Source: Alphaproteobacteria bacterium (GTDB taxonomy: Bacteria; Pseudomonadota; Alphaproteobacteria; JAAXGF01). From it: a DNA stretch of 64,000 bases. This document shows positions 21,947 through 31,925 of the stretch, piece after piece. The notes under the pieces were generated by a model that ran no database searches, was not told the DNA's origin, and saw only the letters and a list, made by a program, of their open reading frames with translations. Position 1 is the stretch's first letter. Each line of letters begins with the position of its first letter. Where the stretch lies: positions 2,912,001 through 2,976,000 of the forward strand of contig CAUVXB020000002.1 of the NCBI GenBank assembly GCA_963555825.3, given 5' to 3'. The position numbers were made by a program, and so were the translations under genes.

Positions 21947-23842
21947 ATGACGCGCACTCTCCTCGCCCTGGCCGTCTCGCTCTGCCTCGCGTCGTTCGCG
22001 GCCGCGCAGGCCGGCGCCGCGAGCGACGAGCGCATTCTCAGCTTCAGGAGCGACATCGAAGTCCACGCCGACGCCACCATGACGGTAACCGAGACGATCG
22101 TCGTGCGCGCGGCGCGCAACCAAATCAAGCGCGGCATCTACCGCGAGTTCCCGACGACCTACCAGGACCGCTTCGGCAACACCGTCCGGGTTGGCTTCCA
22201 CGTGCTGTCGGTGACGCGCGACGGCCGGACCGAGCCCTACCACATTCGCGATGCCAGCAACGGCAAGCGGGTCTACATCGGCGACAAGGATGTCATCTTG
22301 AAACCCGGCCGCTACAGCTACACGCTGACCTACACGACCAACCAGCAGATCGGCTTCTTCGAGGATTTCGACGAGCTCTACTGGAACGTCACGGGCAACG
22401 GCTGGGCGTTCCCGATCGACCAGGCCGAGGCGCGCGTCACGCTGCCCAAGGGCGCCCTCGTGCTCGACACCTTCGGCTACACCGGCTACCAGGGCGCCAA
22501 GGGCGCTGACTACACGATGCGCCAGGCGGCGAGCGGCGCGATCATCTTCACCGCGACGCGGCCGCTCAAGCGCGAGGAAGGCATGACCATAGTCGTCTCC
22601 TGGCCCAAGGGCGTCGTCACCGAACCCGGTATCGCCGACAAGGCCCGCAACCTGCTGGTCGCCAACATGAGCGTGTTGGCTGGCGGCATCGGGCTGCTCG
22701 TGTTGGTGGCGTATTATTGCGCTGCCTGGCTGAAGGTCGGCCGCGACCCCGACAAGGGCACCATCGTGCCGCTGTTCGAGCCGCCCGAGGACTTCTCGCC
22801 GGCCGCGACGCGCTACGTCATGCGCATGGGCTACGACCACAAGGCGTTCACCGCGGCGATCGTCTCGATGGCGGTCAAGGGCTATCTGACGATCGTCGAG
22901 GACGCCGACGACGAATACACCCTAAAGCGCACCGTGGCCGACCGCTCGGTGCTCACGGTCGGCGAAGCCAAGCTTGGCATGAAACTGTTCGGCAGCAAGG
23001 ACTCGATCGTTCTCGATCAGATAAACCACAAGAAGATCAAGGGCGCGCTGAAAGCGCTGAAGGGCTATCTGGGCGAGGAGTTCGAGGCGAAGCACTTCGA
23101 GCGCAACCTGGCGTATTTCATCGTCGGCATCGCGATCACCGTGCTCACGCTCGGCGCGATCGTCATCGGCGCACTGAGGCCCGACGAAGCGGCCTTCATG
23201 ACCATCTGGCTGACGGTTTGGACTGGCGCCTGCTATATGCTGGTCACCAAGGCGGTGCAGGCCTGGATGAGCGGCAGCTACGGCTCGGCCGTCGGCGGGA
23301 CGCTGTTCGCGCTTCCCTTCCTCGCGGGCGAGGCCGTCGGCATCGGCCTGTTCAGCACGGTCGCCTCGCCGCTTGCCGTCGCCATCCTCTTGGCCGTCGT
23401 CCTCGTCGACGCGGTGTTCTATCACCTGCTCAAGGCGCCGACGCTGATGGGCCGCCGCGTGATGGACCGGATCGAGGGTTTCAAGCTCTACCTCTCGGTC
23501 GCCGAGCAGGCGCGCCTCGAGGCGCTGCACCCGCCCGACCAGACGCCCGAGCTGTTCGAGAAGTACCTGCCCTATGCGATCGCGCTCGACGTCGAGAACG
23601 AATGGGGCGACCAGTTCGCCGGCCTGCTCGCCCAGGCGGGCCAGGGCGGCGAATACCGGCCGCGCTGGTATTCGGGCCACTCGTTCCACTCGCATGACAT
23701 CGGCGGCTTCGGCTCGTCGCTCGGCGGCTCGTTCTCGAGCGCCATCTCGTCGTCGTCCTCGGCGCCGGGCTCGTCGTCGGGCGGCGGTGGCGGCGGCTCG
23801 TCGGGCGGCGGTGGCGGCGGTGGCGGCGGCGGCGGCTGGTAG
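21947..23842 (+). CDS. DUF2207 membrane protein
   Basis: GIYREFP, DELYWNVTG, FEKYLPYAIAL, Ser/Gly tail ending GGGGW; usual LemA partner. Confidence 0.9.
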   Translation: MTRTLLALAVSLCLASFAAAQAGAASDERILSFRSDIEVHADATMTVTETIVVRAARNQIKRGIYREFPTTYQDRFGNTVRVGFHVLSVTRDGRTEPYHIRDASNGKRVYIGDKDVILKPGRYSYTLTYTTNQQIGFFEDFDELYWNVTGNGWAFPIDQAEARVTLPKGALVLDTFGYTGYQGAKGADYTMRQAASGAIIFTATRPLKREEGMTIVVSWPKGVVTEPGIADKARNLLVANMSVLAGGIGLLVLVAYYCAAWLKVGRDPDKGTIVPLFEPPEDFSPAATRYVMRMGYDHKAFTAAIVSMAVKGYLTIVEDADDEYTLKRTVADRSVLTVGEAKLGMKLFGSKDSIVLDQINHKKIKGALKALKGYLGEEFEAKHFERNLAYFIVGIAITVLTLGAIVIGALRPDEAAFMTIWLTVWTGACYMLVTKAVQAWMSGSYGSAVGGTLFALPFLAGEAVGIGLFSTVASPLAVAILLAVVLVDAVFYHLLKAPTLMGRRVMDRIEGFKLYLSVAEQARLEALHPPDQTPELFEKYLPYAIALDVENEWGDQFAGLLAQAGQGGEYRPRWYSGHSFHSHDIGGFGSSLGGSFSSAISSSSSAPGSSSGGGGGGSSGGGGGGGGGGGW

Positions 23843-23859
23843 GCGCGGCGACGGCGGGC

Positions 23860-24360
23860 TCAGTCGCTTGAATAATCGATCGCGGTGATCTCGAGCTCGA
23901 GGTCGCCGGCGGGGCGGCGCCAGGTGACCGCATCGCCGACGCGTCCGCCGGCGAGCGCGCGGGCGAGCGGCGACAGCCAGCTCACCTTGCCGGCCGCGGC
24001 GTCGGCCTCGTCCTCGCCGACGATGGTGAAATCGCGTATCGCGCCGTCATCGTCGGCGACCGTGACGCGCGCGCCGAAACGCACCTCGCCGGCCGGCTGC
24101 GTCGCCGGGTCGACGACGATGGCGTCTTCGATGCGCGCATCCAGATAGCGCAGCTCGCGCTCGGCATGGGCCAGCGCCGGCTTGCCCTGGAGACCGGCCG
24201 CGGCGTGCGCCGCGCGTTCGGCGGCGAGCCCGGCGCGGCGCGCCTCGAGCGCGGCGAGGCCGGCCGGCGTGACATAGTTCGGGTGTTCGCTGCGCGGCCG
24301 CTCGGGCGCGTCGTCGGCGACCATGTCGCCGTCCGGTTCCTTGGTGAAGGCGCGGCTCAT
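23860..24360 (-). CDS. GreA/GreB-family factor
   Basis: MSRAFTKE, NYVTPAG, VRFGA, IVGEDEAD, SPLARAL. Confidence 0.85.
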   Translation of the reverse strand: MSRAFTKEPDGDMVADDAPERPRSEHPNYVTPAGLAALEARRAGLAAERAAHAAAGLQGKPALAHAERELRYLDARIEDAIVVDPATQPAGEVRFGARVTVADDDGAIRDFTIVGEDEADAAAGKVSWLSPLARALAGGRVGDAVTWRRPAGDLELEITAIDYSSD

Positions 24361-24403
24361 CCCGAAAGTCTAGCAAACCGCGCAGCACTGGTCGATCTGG
24401 GCT

Positions 24404-24952
24404 ATGCTCCGCGTCATGCGCGGCCAGGAACCACTTCGGATCGACCATGTGACCGTCGGCGACGCCGGCGGCGTCATCGGCATGTGCGAATGTCCCGGTC
24501 GGACCGAGGCACACGGCCTGGGTTGGGACGTCGAGCGCGATCTGGCCGAGGACCTGGCGACCATCGGCGCATTCGGCGCGGCGGTGATGGTGACGCTGTT
24601 CGAGCCCCATGAATTCGCGCTGCTCGGCGTCTCGGAGGTGGCCTTCCGAGACGGCGTCGCGGCGCACGGCTACGACTGGTGCCACCTGCCGATCCGCGAC
24701 ATGCACGCGCCCGACCAACGTTTCGAGAGCGGCTGGGAGACCGCCGGGCCGGCGCTCCGCGGCCTGCTGGACGCCGGGCGGACCGTCGTTTTCCATTGTC
24801 GCGCGGGCCTCGGGCGCACCGGCACGATCGCCGCCCGCTTGCTGATTGAGTTCGGCGCCATGCCCGGCGACGCCATTGCACAAGTGCGCGCCGCCCGCCC
24901 CGGCGCCATTGAAACCAGCCGCCAGCAGGTCTATCTCGAAGGACTCGCCTAG
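24404..24952 (+). CDS. Dual-specificity/CDKN3-like protein phosphatase
   Basis: HCRAGLGRTG P-loop; RPGAIET. Confidence 0.88.
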   Translation: MLRVMRGQEPLRIDHVTVGDAGGVIGMCECPGRTEAHGLGWDVERDLAEDLATIGAFGAAVMVTLFEPHEFALLGVSEVAFRDGVAAHGYDWCHLPIRDMHAPDQRFESGWETAGPALRGLLDAGRTVVFHCRAGLGRTGTIAARLLIEFGAMPGDAIAQVRAARPGAIETSRQQVYLEGLA

Positions 24953-25320
24953 CCCGCTTCGAGCCGATAGCGCTCGACCACCTGTGGCTGGATGACGCCG
25001 GCGTGGAGCGCCAGCAGGACGAGGCGGGCGTCGAGGCTGTCGCCGGCCTCGAAGGCGGCTTCCAGGCGCGTTTCCACCGCGGCGGTCAGGTCCGCGCCGT
25101 TGTCGCCGGTGAAGACGTGCGGACCGAGCATGCAGTATGCGAGCATCTCGGCCGCTGCGTCGTAGGCGCGTCGCCCAGTGTCTGTTTCCGCGAGGAGCTT
25201 GACGGTCGTTAGCTGCACCGCATCCGGGATGAGACGGGGGTGCAGACCCACGGCGCGCACCGCCTGGTCGAGCTGCCGCAGCTCGCGCGAGCGGCCGAAA
25301 ATACCCAGAAAGCCAAACAT
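24949..25320 (-). CDS. Hypothetical protein
   Basis: MFGFLGIFGRS start; protein-like composition; no family recognised. Confidence 0.6.
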   Translation of the reverse strand: MFGFLGIFGRSRELRQLDQAVRAVGLHPRLIPDAVQLTTVKLLAETDTGRRAYDAAAEMLAYCMLGPHVFTGDNGADLTAAVETRLEAAFEAGDSLDARLVLLALHAGVIQPQVVERYRLEAG

Positions 25321-25475
25321 CCGCGCTAGGCTACCGCACCCCGCCAGCGCACAAAAGCCGATCGACGCTCGGCGTGATCGCCGCGTGCTATGGTGCGGCC
25401 GACCGATCAACGAGACGGCGATGGGCGCGCGACCCATCGACGCTCCACCTAGCAACGTAGAAGGGCGAAGCCGAC

Positions 25476-25679
25476 ATGACCAAAGCTAGGGCCCGCCAAC
25501 GGGCGAAGGCGAAAGCGGCGCAGAAAGCCAGAAAGCGAGAAGCTAACGCCGACCAACCCGGCCATACCATCCGGCCGGGGCAGTTCGATCCGGGATCGGG
25601 TTCGATAAAAGGCCCGCAGGTGAACGCCAAAACCAAGAATTTCGGCGGCGCGATACGCGGCGCGGCGCGATCGAGATAG
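25476..25679 (+). CDS. Small basic hypothetical protein
   Basis: 67 aa, K/R/A-rich N-terminus; fills the gap between recognised genes. Confidence 0.55.
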   Translation: MTKARARQRAKAKAAQKARKREANADQPGHTIRPGQFDPGSGSIKGPQVNAKTKNFGGAIRGAARSR

Positions 25680-25770
25680 GCCGTTCCATCGAACGATCTT
25701 CGCAAAGTCCGTGCCGCGCGGTAGAGTGCCCGAATATTCGAAATGCCGCAGATATCGAAGGAGAGCCGCC

Positions 25771-26562
25771 GTGATCGTCGAGCAGGTGTGGACCGGAAAC
25801 GCCTACCGCAACTTCAACTATCTGATCGCCTGCCCAGAAACCGGCGAGGCGATGGCGATCGATCCGCTCGATCACGAGAAGTGTCTGGCCGCCGCCGCCG
25901 ACCGCGGCTGGCGCATCACGCAGGTGCTGAACACCCACGAGCACGGCGACCACACCGGCGGCAATGCGGCGGTCATCGCCGCGACCGGCGCGACATTGCT
26001 GGCGCACGCCAACGCCAAGGACAAGATCCCCGGCATCGACCGGGGCCTAAGCGCCGGCGACGTCATCAAGGTCGGCGCGACGGTCGAGCTCGAGGCGCTC
26101 GACACGCCGGGCCATACCATGAGCCATGTCTGCCTGTTGTCGCACACCGACACGCCGGCGCTGTTTTGCGGCGACACGCTGTTCAACGCCGGCGCCGGCC
26201 ATTGCCATGGCGGCGGCCATCCGGTCGAGCTCTATCACACCTTCGCCGGCCAGCTCGCCAAGCTGCCCGACGCGACGCTGATCTACCCGGGCCACGACTA
26301 CATCACCAACAACCTCGAATTCACGCTCGACCGCGAGCCCGACAACGCCAAGGCCAAGAGCCTGCTGGCCGACGTCGGCGGCCAGGACCCGGGCGACGCG
26401 CTGGTCTCGACGCTGGGCCTCGAGAAGGAGATCAACACCTTCTTCCGGCTGCACAGCCCGAGCGTGATCGCGCGGCTGCGCGAGGCGTTCCCCGACCTGC
26501 CCGACGCGCCCGACGCCAAGACCGTCTTCATCAAGCTGCGCGAGCTCAGGAACAGCTGGTAG
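25771..26562 (+). CDS. gloB: Hydroxyacylglutathione hydrolase (glyoxalase II)
   Basis: THEHGDHTGG, TPGHT, FCGDTLF, YPGHDY, LRELRNSW. Confidence 0.85.
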   Translation: MIVEQVWTGNAYRNFNYLIACPETGEAMAIDPLDHEKCLAAAADRGWRITQVLNTHEHGDHTGGNAAVIAATGATLLAHANAKDKIPGIDRGLSAGDVIKVGATVELEALDTPGHTMSHVCLLSHTDTPALFCGDTLFNAGAGHCHGGGHPVELYHTFAGQLAKLPDATLIYPGHDYITNNLEFTLDREPDNAKAKSLLADVGGQDPGDALVSTLGLEKEINTFFRLHSPSVIARLREAFPDLPDAPDAKTVFIKLRELRNSW

Positions 26563-26592
26563 GGCGTCGCGGCGCGCTGCCTGGAAGGCATC

Positions 26593-27348
26593 TCACGACG
26601 CGTCCCGGGCGCGCTGGCGTGCGCGCTTCTCGGCATCGGTGACGAAGGGATCGGCGTGAATGTCGGCGCGCGGCAGGCCGTGGGCGGCGAGCGCCTCGAC
26701 GGTCGCGTCGACCATCGCCGGCGGGCCGGCGAGATAGGCCTTGAAACCCGCGAAATCGGTGAAGTCGGCAAGGATCGCCGCGTCGAGCAGACCGCGCCGC
26801 CGTGCCGTCGCGCCGGGCGCGTCCGAGAGCACGGGGATGAAGCGGAAGTTGGCGAAGGCCGCGGATAGCGCCTCGAAGTGGCCGGCGAGGTAGATGTCGC
26901 GTTCCTCGCGGACGCCGAAGTAGAGGTCGATGTCCTGGCCCATGCCGACAGCCAACGCGGTCTCGACGATCGCCTTCATCGGCGCGACGCCCGAGCCGCC
27001 GGCGACCGCCAGGATCGGCCCGCCATGGTCGGTGCGCAGCCAGCCGTCGCCGTACGGCCCTTCGATCGTGACCGCGTCGCCGAGCGCGAGGTCGCGCGTC
27101 GCGTGAGCGCTGGCGCCGGCGCCGGCCATGCGCCGGATGTGGAACTCGATCGGCGTCGCGCCGGGCCGGTTGGCCATCGAATAGTCGCGCCCGGGCAGGC
27201 CTGAGAAGCTGACCACCGCGTACTGGCCGGCGGCGAAGTCAAAGCGCGTACCGTCGACGGCCTCGAGGCTGACGATGCGTGTGTCGTGGGTCGCGTCGGC
27301 GAGGCCGACGACGCGGCAGGCGAGCGTTCGCAAGGGGTGGTCGGTCAT
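26593..27348 (-). CDS. FNR-type FAD/NAD(P)H oxidoreductase (no 2Fe-2S domain)
   Basis: AGQY, RDYSMAN, EGPYG, AGGSGVAP, YLAGPPAM. Confidence 0.85.
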   Translation of the reverse strand: MTDHPLRTLACRVVGLADATHDTRIVSLEAVDGTRFDFAAGQYAVVSFSGLPGRDYSMANRPGATPIEFHIRRMAGAGASAHATRDLALGDAVTIEGPYGDGWLRTDHGGPILAVAGGSGVAPMKAIVETALAVGMGQDIDLYFGVREERDIYLAGHFEALSAAFANFRFIPVLSDAPGATARRRGLLDAAILADFTDFAGFKAYLAGPPAMVDATVEALAAHGLPRADIHADPFVTDAEKRARQRARDAS

Positions 27349-27439
27349 GACGGTCCTCGGCCGGGTCGACGACAAATAGCGCATTCCATCGCCGCGGCAA
27401 ACCTGTCACCATATCGGGCCTATCCAAGGAGGCCCGACG

Positions 27440-28423
27440 ATGCTGGACAAGACCCGGAAACCGATTCCGCTGGTGGCCGACGACTACGACCCAATGTTCG
27501 CGCCGCGCTACAGCGATATCGCGACCTTCATGCGCGCACCCTTGATCCGCGAGATCGTCGGCCTCGACATCGCGCTCGCCGGCGTGCCGTTCGACGGCGG
27601 CGTGACCAACCGCACGGGCGCGCGTCACGGCCCGCGCGAGATGCGCAATCAGTCGAGCCTGATGCGCGCGATCCACCATGTCTCGCGCATCAATCCCTAC
27701 GCGCTGTGCAGCGTCGCCGACGTCGGCGACGTGCCCTTCGTGCACGGCTTCGAGCTGGCCGCCAGCCTCGACGACATCGAGGCCTTCTTCGCCAAGATCC
27801 ACGAGGCCGGCGCGGCGCCGATCAGCGCCGGCGGCGACCATTCGATCACGCTGCCGATCTTCCGTGCGATCGCTGCGGAACGCCCACTCGGCATGGTCCA
27901 CATCGACGCCCACACCGATACCTGGGACGAGTTCCTTGGTTCGAAATTTACCCATGGCGCGCCTTTCCGCCGCGCCGTCGAGGAAGGCCTCTTGGATCCC
28001 AAGCGTACCGTGCAGATCGGCATTCGCGGCGCCCAGAACACCGAGGAGGGTTGGTCATTCTCGATCGAGAACGGCATGCGCGTGATCTTCATGGAGGAGT
28101 TCACCAAGATCGGCGTCGACGCGGTGATCGCCGAGGCTAGGCGCGTCGTCGGCGACGGCCCGACCTACATCTCGTTCGACGTCGACGGCCTCGACCCGGT
28201 CTACGCGCCAGGCACCGGCACGCCCGAGGTCGGCGGGCTGACGACGATCGAGGCGCAGGCGCTGCTGCGCGGCCTGCGGGGTCTCGATCTGTGGGGCGGC
28301 GACGTCGTCGAGGTGGCGCCGCCGTTCGATCCGACCGGCAACACCGCGCTGGTCGCCGCCACCATGATGTACGAGATACTCTGTATCGTCGCCGAGAGCG
28401 TGGCGGCGCGCCGGACCGGCTGA
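27440..28423 (+). CDS. speB: Agmatinase/guanidinobutyrase (ureohydrolase family)
   Basis: GGDHS, DAHTD, SFDVDGLDP, APGTGTP; exact substrate uncertain. Confidence 0.85.
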   Translation: MLDKTRKPIPLVADDYDPMFAPRYSDIATFMRAPLIREIVGLDIALAGVPFDGGVTNRTGARHGPREMRNQSSLMRAIHHVSRINPYALCSVADVGDVPFVHGFELAASLDDIEAFFAKIHEAGAAPISAGGDHSITLPIFRAIAAERPLGMVHIDAHTDTWDEFLGSKFTHGAPFRRAVEEGLLDPKRTVQIGIRGAQNTEEGWSFSIENGMRVIFMEEFTKIGVDAVIAEARRVVGDGPTYISFDVDGLDPVYAPGTGTPEVGGLTTIEAQALLRGLRGLDLWGGDVVEVAPPFDPTGNTALVAATMMYEILCIVAESVAARRTG

Positions 28424-28443
28424 GCGGGCCGGCGCGCGCCGCC

Positions 28444-29316
28444 ATGGACGACATGATGACCACCCGCGAGGTGGCCGACTTCCTGCGCATCAAGGAACGC
28501 AAGGTCTACGACCTGGTCAAGGCGCGCCGCATTCCGTGCACCAGGGTGACTGGCAAGTGGCTGTTCCCGAGGCGCTCGATCGACGCCTGGCTGGCCGAGG
28601 GCGCCCGGGGCGAAACGCCGTCGCCCGCGCCGCCACCGATCGTCGCCGGCAGCCACGACCCGCTGTTGGAATGGTGCCTGGCCGAGGCCGGGACGGGCCT
28701 CGCGCTGCTGCCTGGCGGCAGCACCGATGGGCTCGAGCGGTTGGCGGCCGGCGAGGCGGTGATCTCGGGCCTGCATCTGCGCGACGCCGAGACCGGCGAC
28801 TACAACGTCGCCGCCCTGCACGAGAGCCTCGCGGGCCTACATGTCGTCGCGGTCGAATGGGCGTGGCGCGAGCAGGGCATCGTGGTGGCGCCCGGCAACC
28901 CTAAGGGCATCACCGGCATCGGCGATCTGCGTGGCCTGCGCGTCGCCCATCGCCAGCCGGGCGCGGGCAGCCAGGTCCTGCTCGAGCAACTGCTCGCCGC
29001 GGCCGGTGTCGCGCTCACCGATCTCGACGTGCTGCCCGAGCCGGCGCCGAGCGAAACCGAGCTCGCCATGGCGGTGCTCGAAGGCGTGGCTGACGCCGGT
29101 CTCGCGGTCGCCTCGGCCGCCCATCGCCTGAAGCTCGGCTTCGTGCCCCTGCAGCGCGAGCGCTATGACCTGGTGATGCGCCGACGCGACTACTTCGAGC
29201 CGCCGTTCCAGACGCTCCTCGCGTTCGCCCGCACGCCCGCCTTCACCGCGCGCGCCACCGCGCTCGGCGGCTACGACTGCACAGGCCTCGGCACGATCAC
29301 CTATAACGCGGCATGA
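28444..29316 (+). CDS. Excisionase-like HTH + periplasmic-binding-like domain regulator (TaoR-type Mo/W regulator)
   Basis: MTTREVADFLRIKERKVYDLV..IPC..GKWLF; AGSHDPLL, REQGIVV, RQPGAGS; adjacent to tup operon. Confidence 0.82.
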   Translation: MDDMMTTREVADFLRIKERKVYDLVKARRIPCTRVTGKWLFPRRSIDAWLAEGARGETPSPAPPPIVAGSHDPLLEWCLAEAGTGLALLPGGSTDGLERLAAGEAVISGLHLRDAETGDYNVAALHESLAGLHVVAVEWAWREQGIVVAPGNPKGITGIGDLRGLRVAHRQPGAGSQVLLEQLLAAAGVALTDLDVLPEPAPSETELAMAVLEGVADAGLAVASAAHRLKLGFVPLQRERYDLVMRRRDYFEPPFQTLLAFARTPAFTARATALGGYDCTGLGTITYNAA

Positions 29317-29334
29317 ATTATGGCCCCGAATCAC

Positions 29335-29401
29335 GGGGACGTGATACTTAATTCAAAACAATTACGTATACTGTCACGATATAATTAAGTATCATGTCCC
29401 C
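29335..29401. repeat. AT-rich REP-like inverted repeat between convergent genes
   Basis: GGGGACGTGATACTTAATT (29335-29353) / AATTAAGTATCATGTCCCC (29383-29401), 18 of 19 complementary. Confidence 0.75.
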
Positions 29402-29472
29402 TTAATTATTTGCTTAATTATTGGTAGTAATTGCGTAATTGGTCCGCCTAATTGCCGGCGGGCGACGAAGCG

Positions 29473-30309
29473 TCATCCGCCGCCGTCGCCGGCGTCCGGC
29501 AGGAACGGCTGCTGGCCGTCGATGGTGAAGTCGGCGATCGCCCGCTGGCCTTCGGTTCCGGTCAGCCAGTCGATGAAAGCCTGGCCCTCGGCCGCGTTGA
29601 CGTGGCCGAACTTCGCCGGATTGACCAGGATGACGCCATAGGGGTTGACGAGCCGGGGATCGCCTTCGACCAAGATCTCGAGCCCGGCGCGGTTGCCGAA
29701 GCTCAGCCATGTGCCGCGGTCGGCCATGGTGTAGGCGCCACGGGCGGCGGCGATGTTGAGCATCGCGCCCATGCCGCTGCCACTGGCGACGTACCAGTCG
29801 TCCGACGCGCCGGGCGGCGCCATGCCGATCGCCCGCCACAATCTGGTTTCGGCCTTGTGCGTGCCGCTGTCGTCGCCGCGCGAAACGAAGGGCGCTCGGG
29901 CCCGGGCGATGGCGGCGAGCGCCGCGCCTGCGTCTGCCATGCCGGCGATGCCGGCCGGGTCGTCGACCGGGCCGACGATGACGAAATCGTTGTGCATGAC
30001 CTGGTGGCGGGCGACGCCGTGGCCTGCGGCGACGAAGTGCTCCTCCGAGCCGCGGTCGTGCACCAGCACGACGTCGACATCGCCGCGCCGGCCCAGGTTG
30101 AGCGCGGCGCCGGTGCCGACGGCGACCACGCGGACGACGATTCCGCTTTCCGCCGTGAATCGCGCGATGAGGTGGTCGAGCAGGCCCGAATTCGCGGTCG
30201 TCGTCGTTGCGCCGAGCACGAAGGCGCGCTCGCCGGCCGCGAGGCCCGAAGACGCCAGGGCCGCGACCATGGCGAAGGCCGCGAGCCGGCCCGGCGACGC
30301 CCAGCTCAT
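29473..30309 (-). CDS. tupA: Tungstate ABC transporter substrate-binding protein, second copy
   Basis: ATTTTANSGL, AVGTGAAL, MHNDFVIVGP, SRGDDSGTH, DRGTW. Confidence 0.85.
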   Translation of the reverse strand: MSWASPGRLAAFAMVAALASSGLAAGERAFVLGATTTTANSGLLDHLIARFTAESGIVVRVVAVGTGAALNLGRRGDVDVVLVHDRGSEEHFVAAGHGVARHQVMHNDFVIVGPVDDPAGIAGMADAGAALAAIARARAPFVSRGDDSGTHKAETRLWRAIGMAPPGASDDWYVASGSGMGAMLNIAAARGAYTMADRGTWLSFGNRAGLEILVEGDPRLVNPYGVILVNPAKFGHVNAAEGQAFIDWLTGTEGQRAIADFTIDGQQPFLPDAGDGGG

Positions 30310-31133
30310 TGCGCGCCGCCGTTCGCGTTGGCGAAGAACGCCTGCTCGCCGTCGATGGTGTAGGCGTCGATCGCGGCTTGTCCTGCGTTCGACAGGAGCC
30401 AGTCGATGAAGCGCCGGCCGAGCGCCGACTTGACGTGGTCGTGCCGGGCGGCGTCGACCAGGATGACGCCGTACTGGTTGAACAGGCGATCATCGCCCGC
30501 GACCAGCATCTTGAGCTCGGCCTTGTTGGCGAATTTGAGCCAGCTGCCGCGGTCGGTCAGCGCGTATGCATTCATGCCGGCCGCGGTGTTGAGCGTCGCG
30601 CCCATGCCCGCGCCGGTCTCGCGATACCACTGGCCCGAGGCGCTGACGGCGTCGACACCGGCGGCGCGCCAGATGCCGAGCTCCTTCTTGTGCGTGCCGC
30701 TGTCGTCGCCGCGCGAGACGAAGACGGATCGGCTCTCGGCGATACGACCGAATGCCTCGGCCGCGTCGACCATGCCGCGGACACTCGCGAGATCGCTGGC
30801 CGGGCCGACGATGACGAAATCGTTGTACATGACGTCGAAGCGCTCGACGCCGAAGCCGTCGGCGACGAACTTCTCCTCCGAGGGTGTGTGGTGAACCAAC
30901 AATACGTCGGCGTCGCCATTGCGCGCCACGCGGATTGCCTGGCCGGTGCCGACCGCGACGACGCGCACCTCGACGCCGGTGGCGGCGGTGAATTTGGGCA
31001 GCAGGTGGTCGTAAAGCCCCGAGTTCTTTGTCGACGTCGTCGAGGCGACCGTGATGAACGGCGCCTCGGCCGCGGCGCCCGTGGCGACGAACGCAACCAG
31101 CGCCGCGGCGGCGAGCCGGCGGAGCGTCTTCAA
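30306..31133 (-). CDS. tupA: Tungstate ABC transporter substrate-binding protein
   Basis: TTG start overlapping tupC stop, SD GAGGAG; signal peptide; STTSTKNSGL, AVGTGQA, MYNDFVIVGP, SRGDDSGTH. Confidence 0.88.
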   Translation of the reverse strand: MKTLRRLAAAALVAFVATGAAAEAPFITVASTTSTKNSGLYDHLLPKFTAATGVEVRVVAVGTGQAIRVARNGDADVLLVHHTPSEEKFVADGFGVERFDVMYNDFVIVGPASDLASVRGMVDAAEAFGRIAESRSVFVSRGDDSGTHKKELGIWRAAGVDAVSASGQWYRETGAGMGATLNTAAGMNAYALTDRGSWLKFANKAELKMLVAGDDRLFNQYGVILVDAARHDHVKSALGRRFIDWLLSNAGQAAIDAYTIDGEQAFFANANGGAQ

Positions 31134-31921
31134 TGAAGTCTCCTCGGGTCGTCGCGGGCGGCGAGCCGGGCGCGGTCCTCTTCGTCGTCGCCGTCCCACC
31201 ACAGCAGCTCGCCGCGCAGGAAGGCGCCGGCAAGCGCCTCGCGCGGCCGTTCGAAGAAGCTTTCGGCGGGCGCCTGCTCGACCAGCCGGCCGCGGTGGAT
31301 GAAGACCACCTCGTCGGCGATACGCCGCGCTTGGGCCAAGTCGTGGGTCGTCAGGATGATGCGCGTCCCGGCGGCGTGCAGGCCTTGAATCAATTCTTCG
31401 ATCTCGTGGGTCGCCGCCGGATCGAGGCTCGCCGTCGGCTCGTCGAGAAACAACAGCTCGGGACCGAGCGCCCAGACACGCGCCAGCGCCAGCTTCTGTT
31501 GCTCGCCGAACGACAGCACGCGCGCCTGCGTGCCGGCGAACCGGTGCAGCCCGGTGCGTGTCAACGCCTCGTCGACCCGTGCGCGCCGTTGCCGTCGCGG
31601 CACGCCCTTGAGCTTGAGCGCGTAGTCGACGTTGGCGGCGACCGAGCGGCGCAGCATGACCGGCCGCTGGAAGACCATCGCCTGGCGCGATGCCGGGTCG
31701 CGGCCCTCGGCGCCGTGCCAGACGATCTCGCCCGCGCTCGGCGTCAAGAGGCCGTGGCAGAGCCTGAGCAGCAGACTCTTGCCGGCGCCGTTGGGGCCGA
31801 CGACGACGCTGCGCGCGCCGTGCGAGAAGCGGCACGAAACATTCTTGATCAGGCGTCGGCCGCCGGCGTCATAACAGACGCCGCGCAGCTCGAGCGGCAG
31901 GATGCTGTCGGACGCGCTCAT
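31130..31921 (-). CDS. tupC: Tungstate ABC transporter ATPase
   Basis: GPNGAGKS, LSFGEQQ, LDEPTASLDP; operon context. Confidence 0.85.
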   Translation of the reverse strand: MSASDSILPLELRGVCYDAGGRRLIKNVSCRFSHGARSVVVGPNGAGKSLLLRLCHGLLTPSAGEIVWHGAEGRDPASRQAMVFQRPVMLRRSVAANVDYALKLKGVPRRQRRARVDEALTRTGLHRFAGTQARVLSFGEQQKLALARVWALGPELLFLDEPTASLDPAATHEIEELIQGLHAAGTRIILTTHDLAQARRIADEVVFIHRGRLVEQAPAESFFERPREALAGAFLRGELLWWDGDDEEDRARLAARDDPRRLH

Positions 31922-31925
31922 CGGC

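Noticed and set aside
23745-23842. GGC/TCG trinucleotide run
   Set aside because: Normal Ser/Gly tail of DUF2207 proteins.
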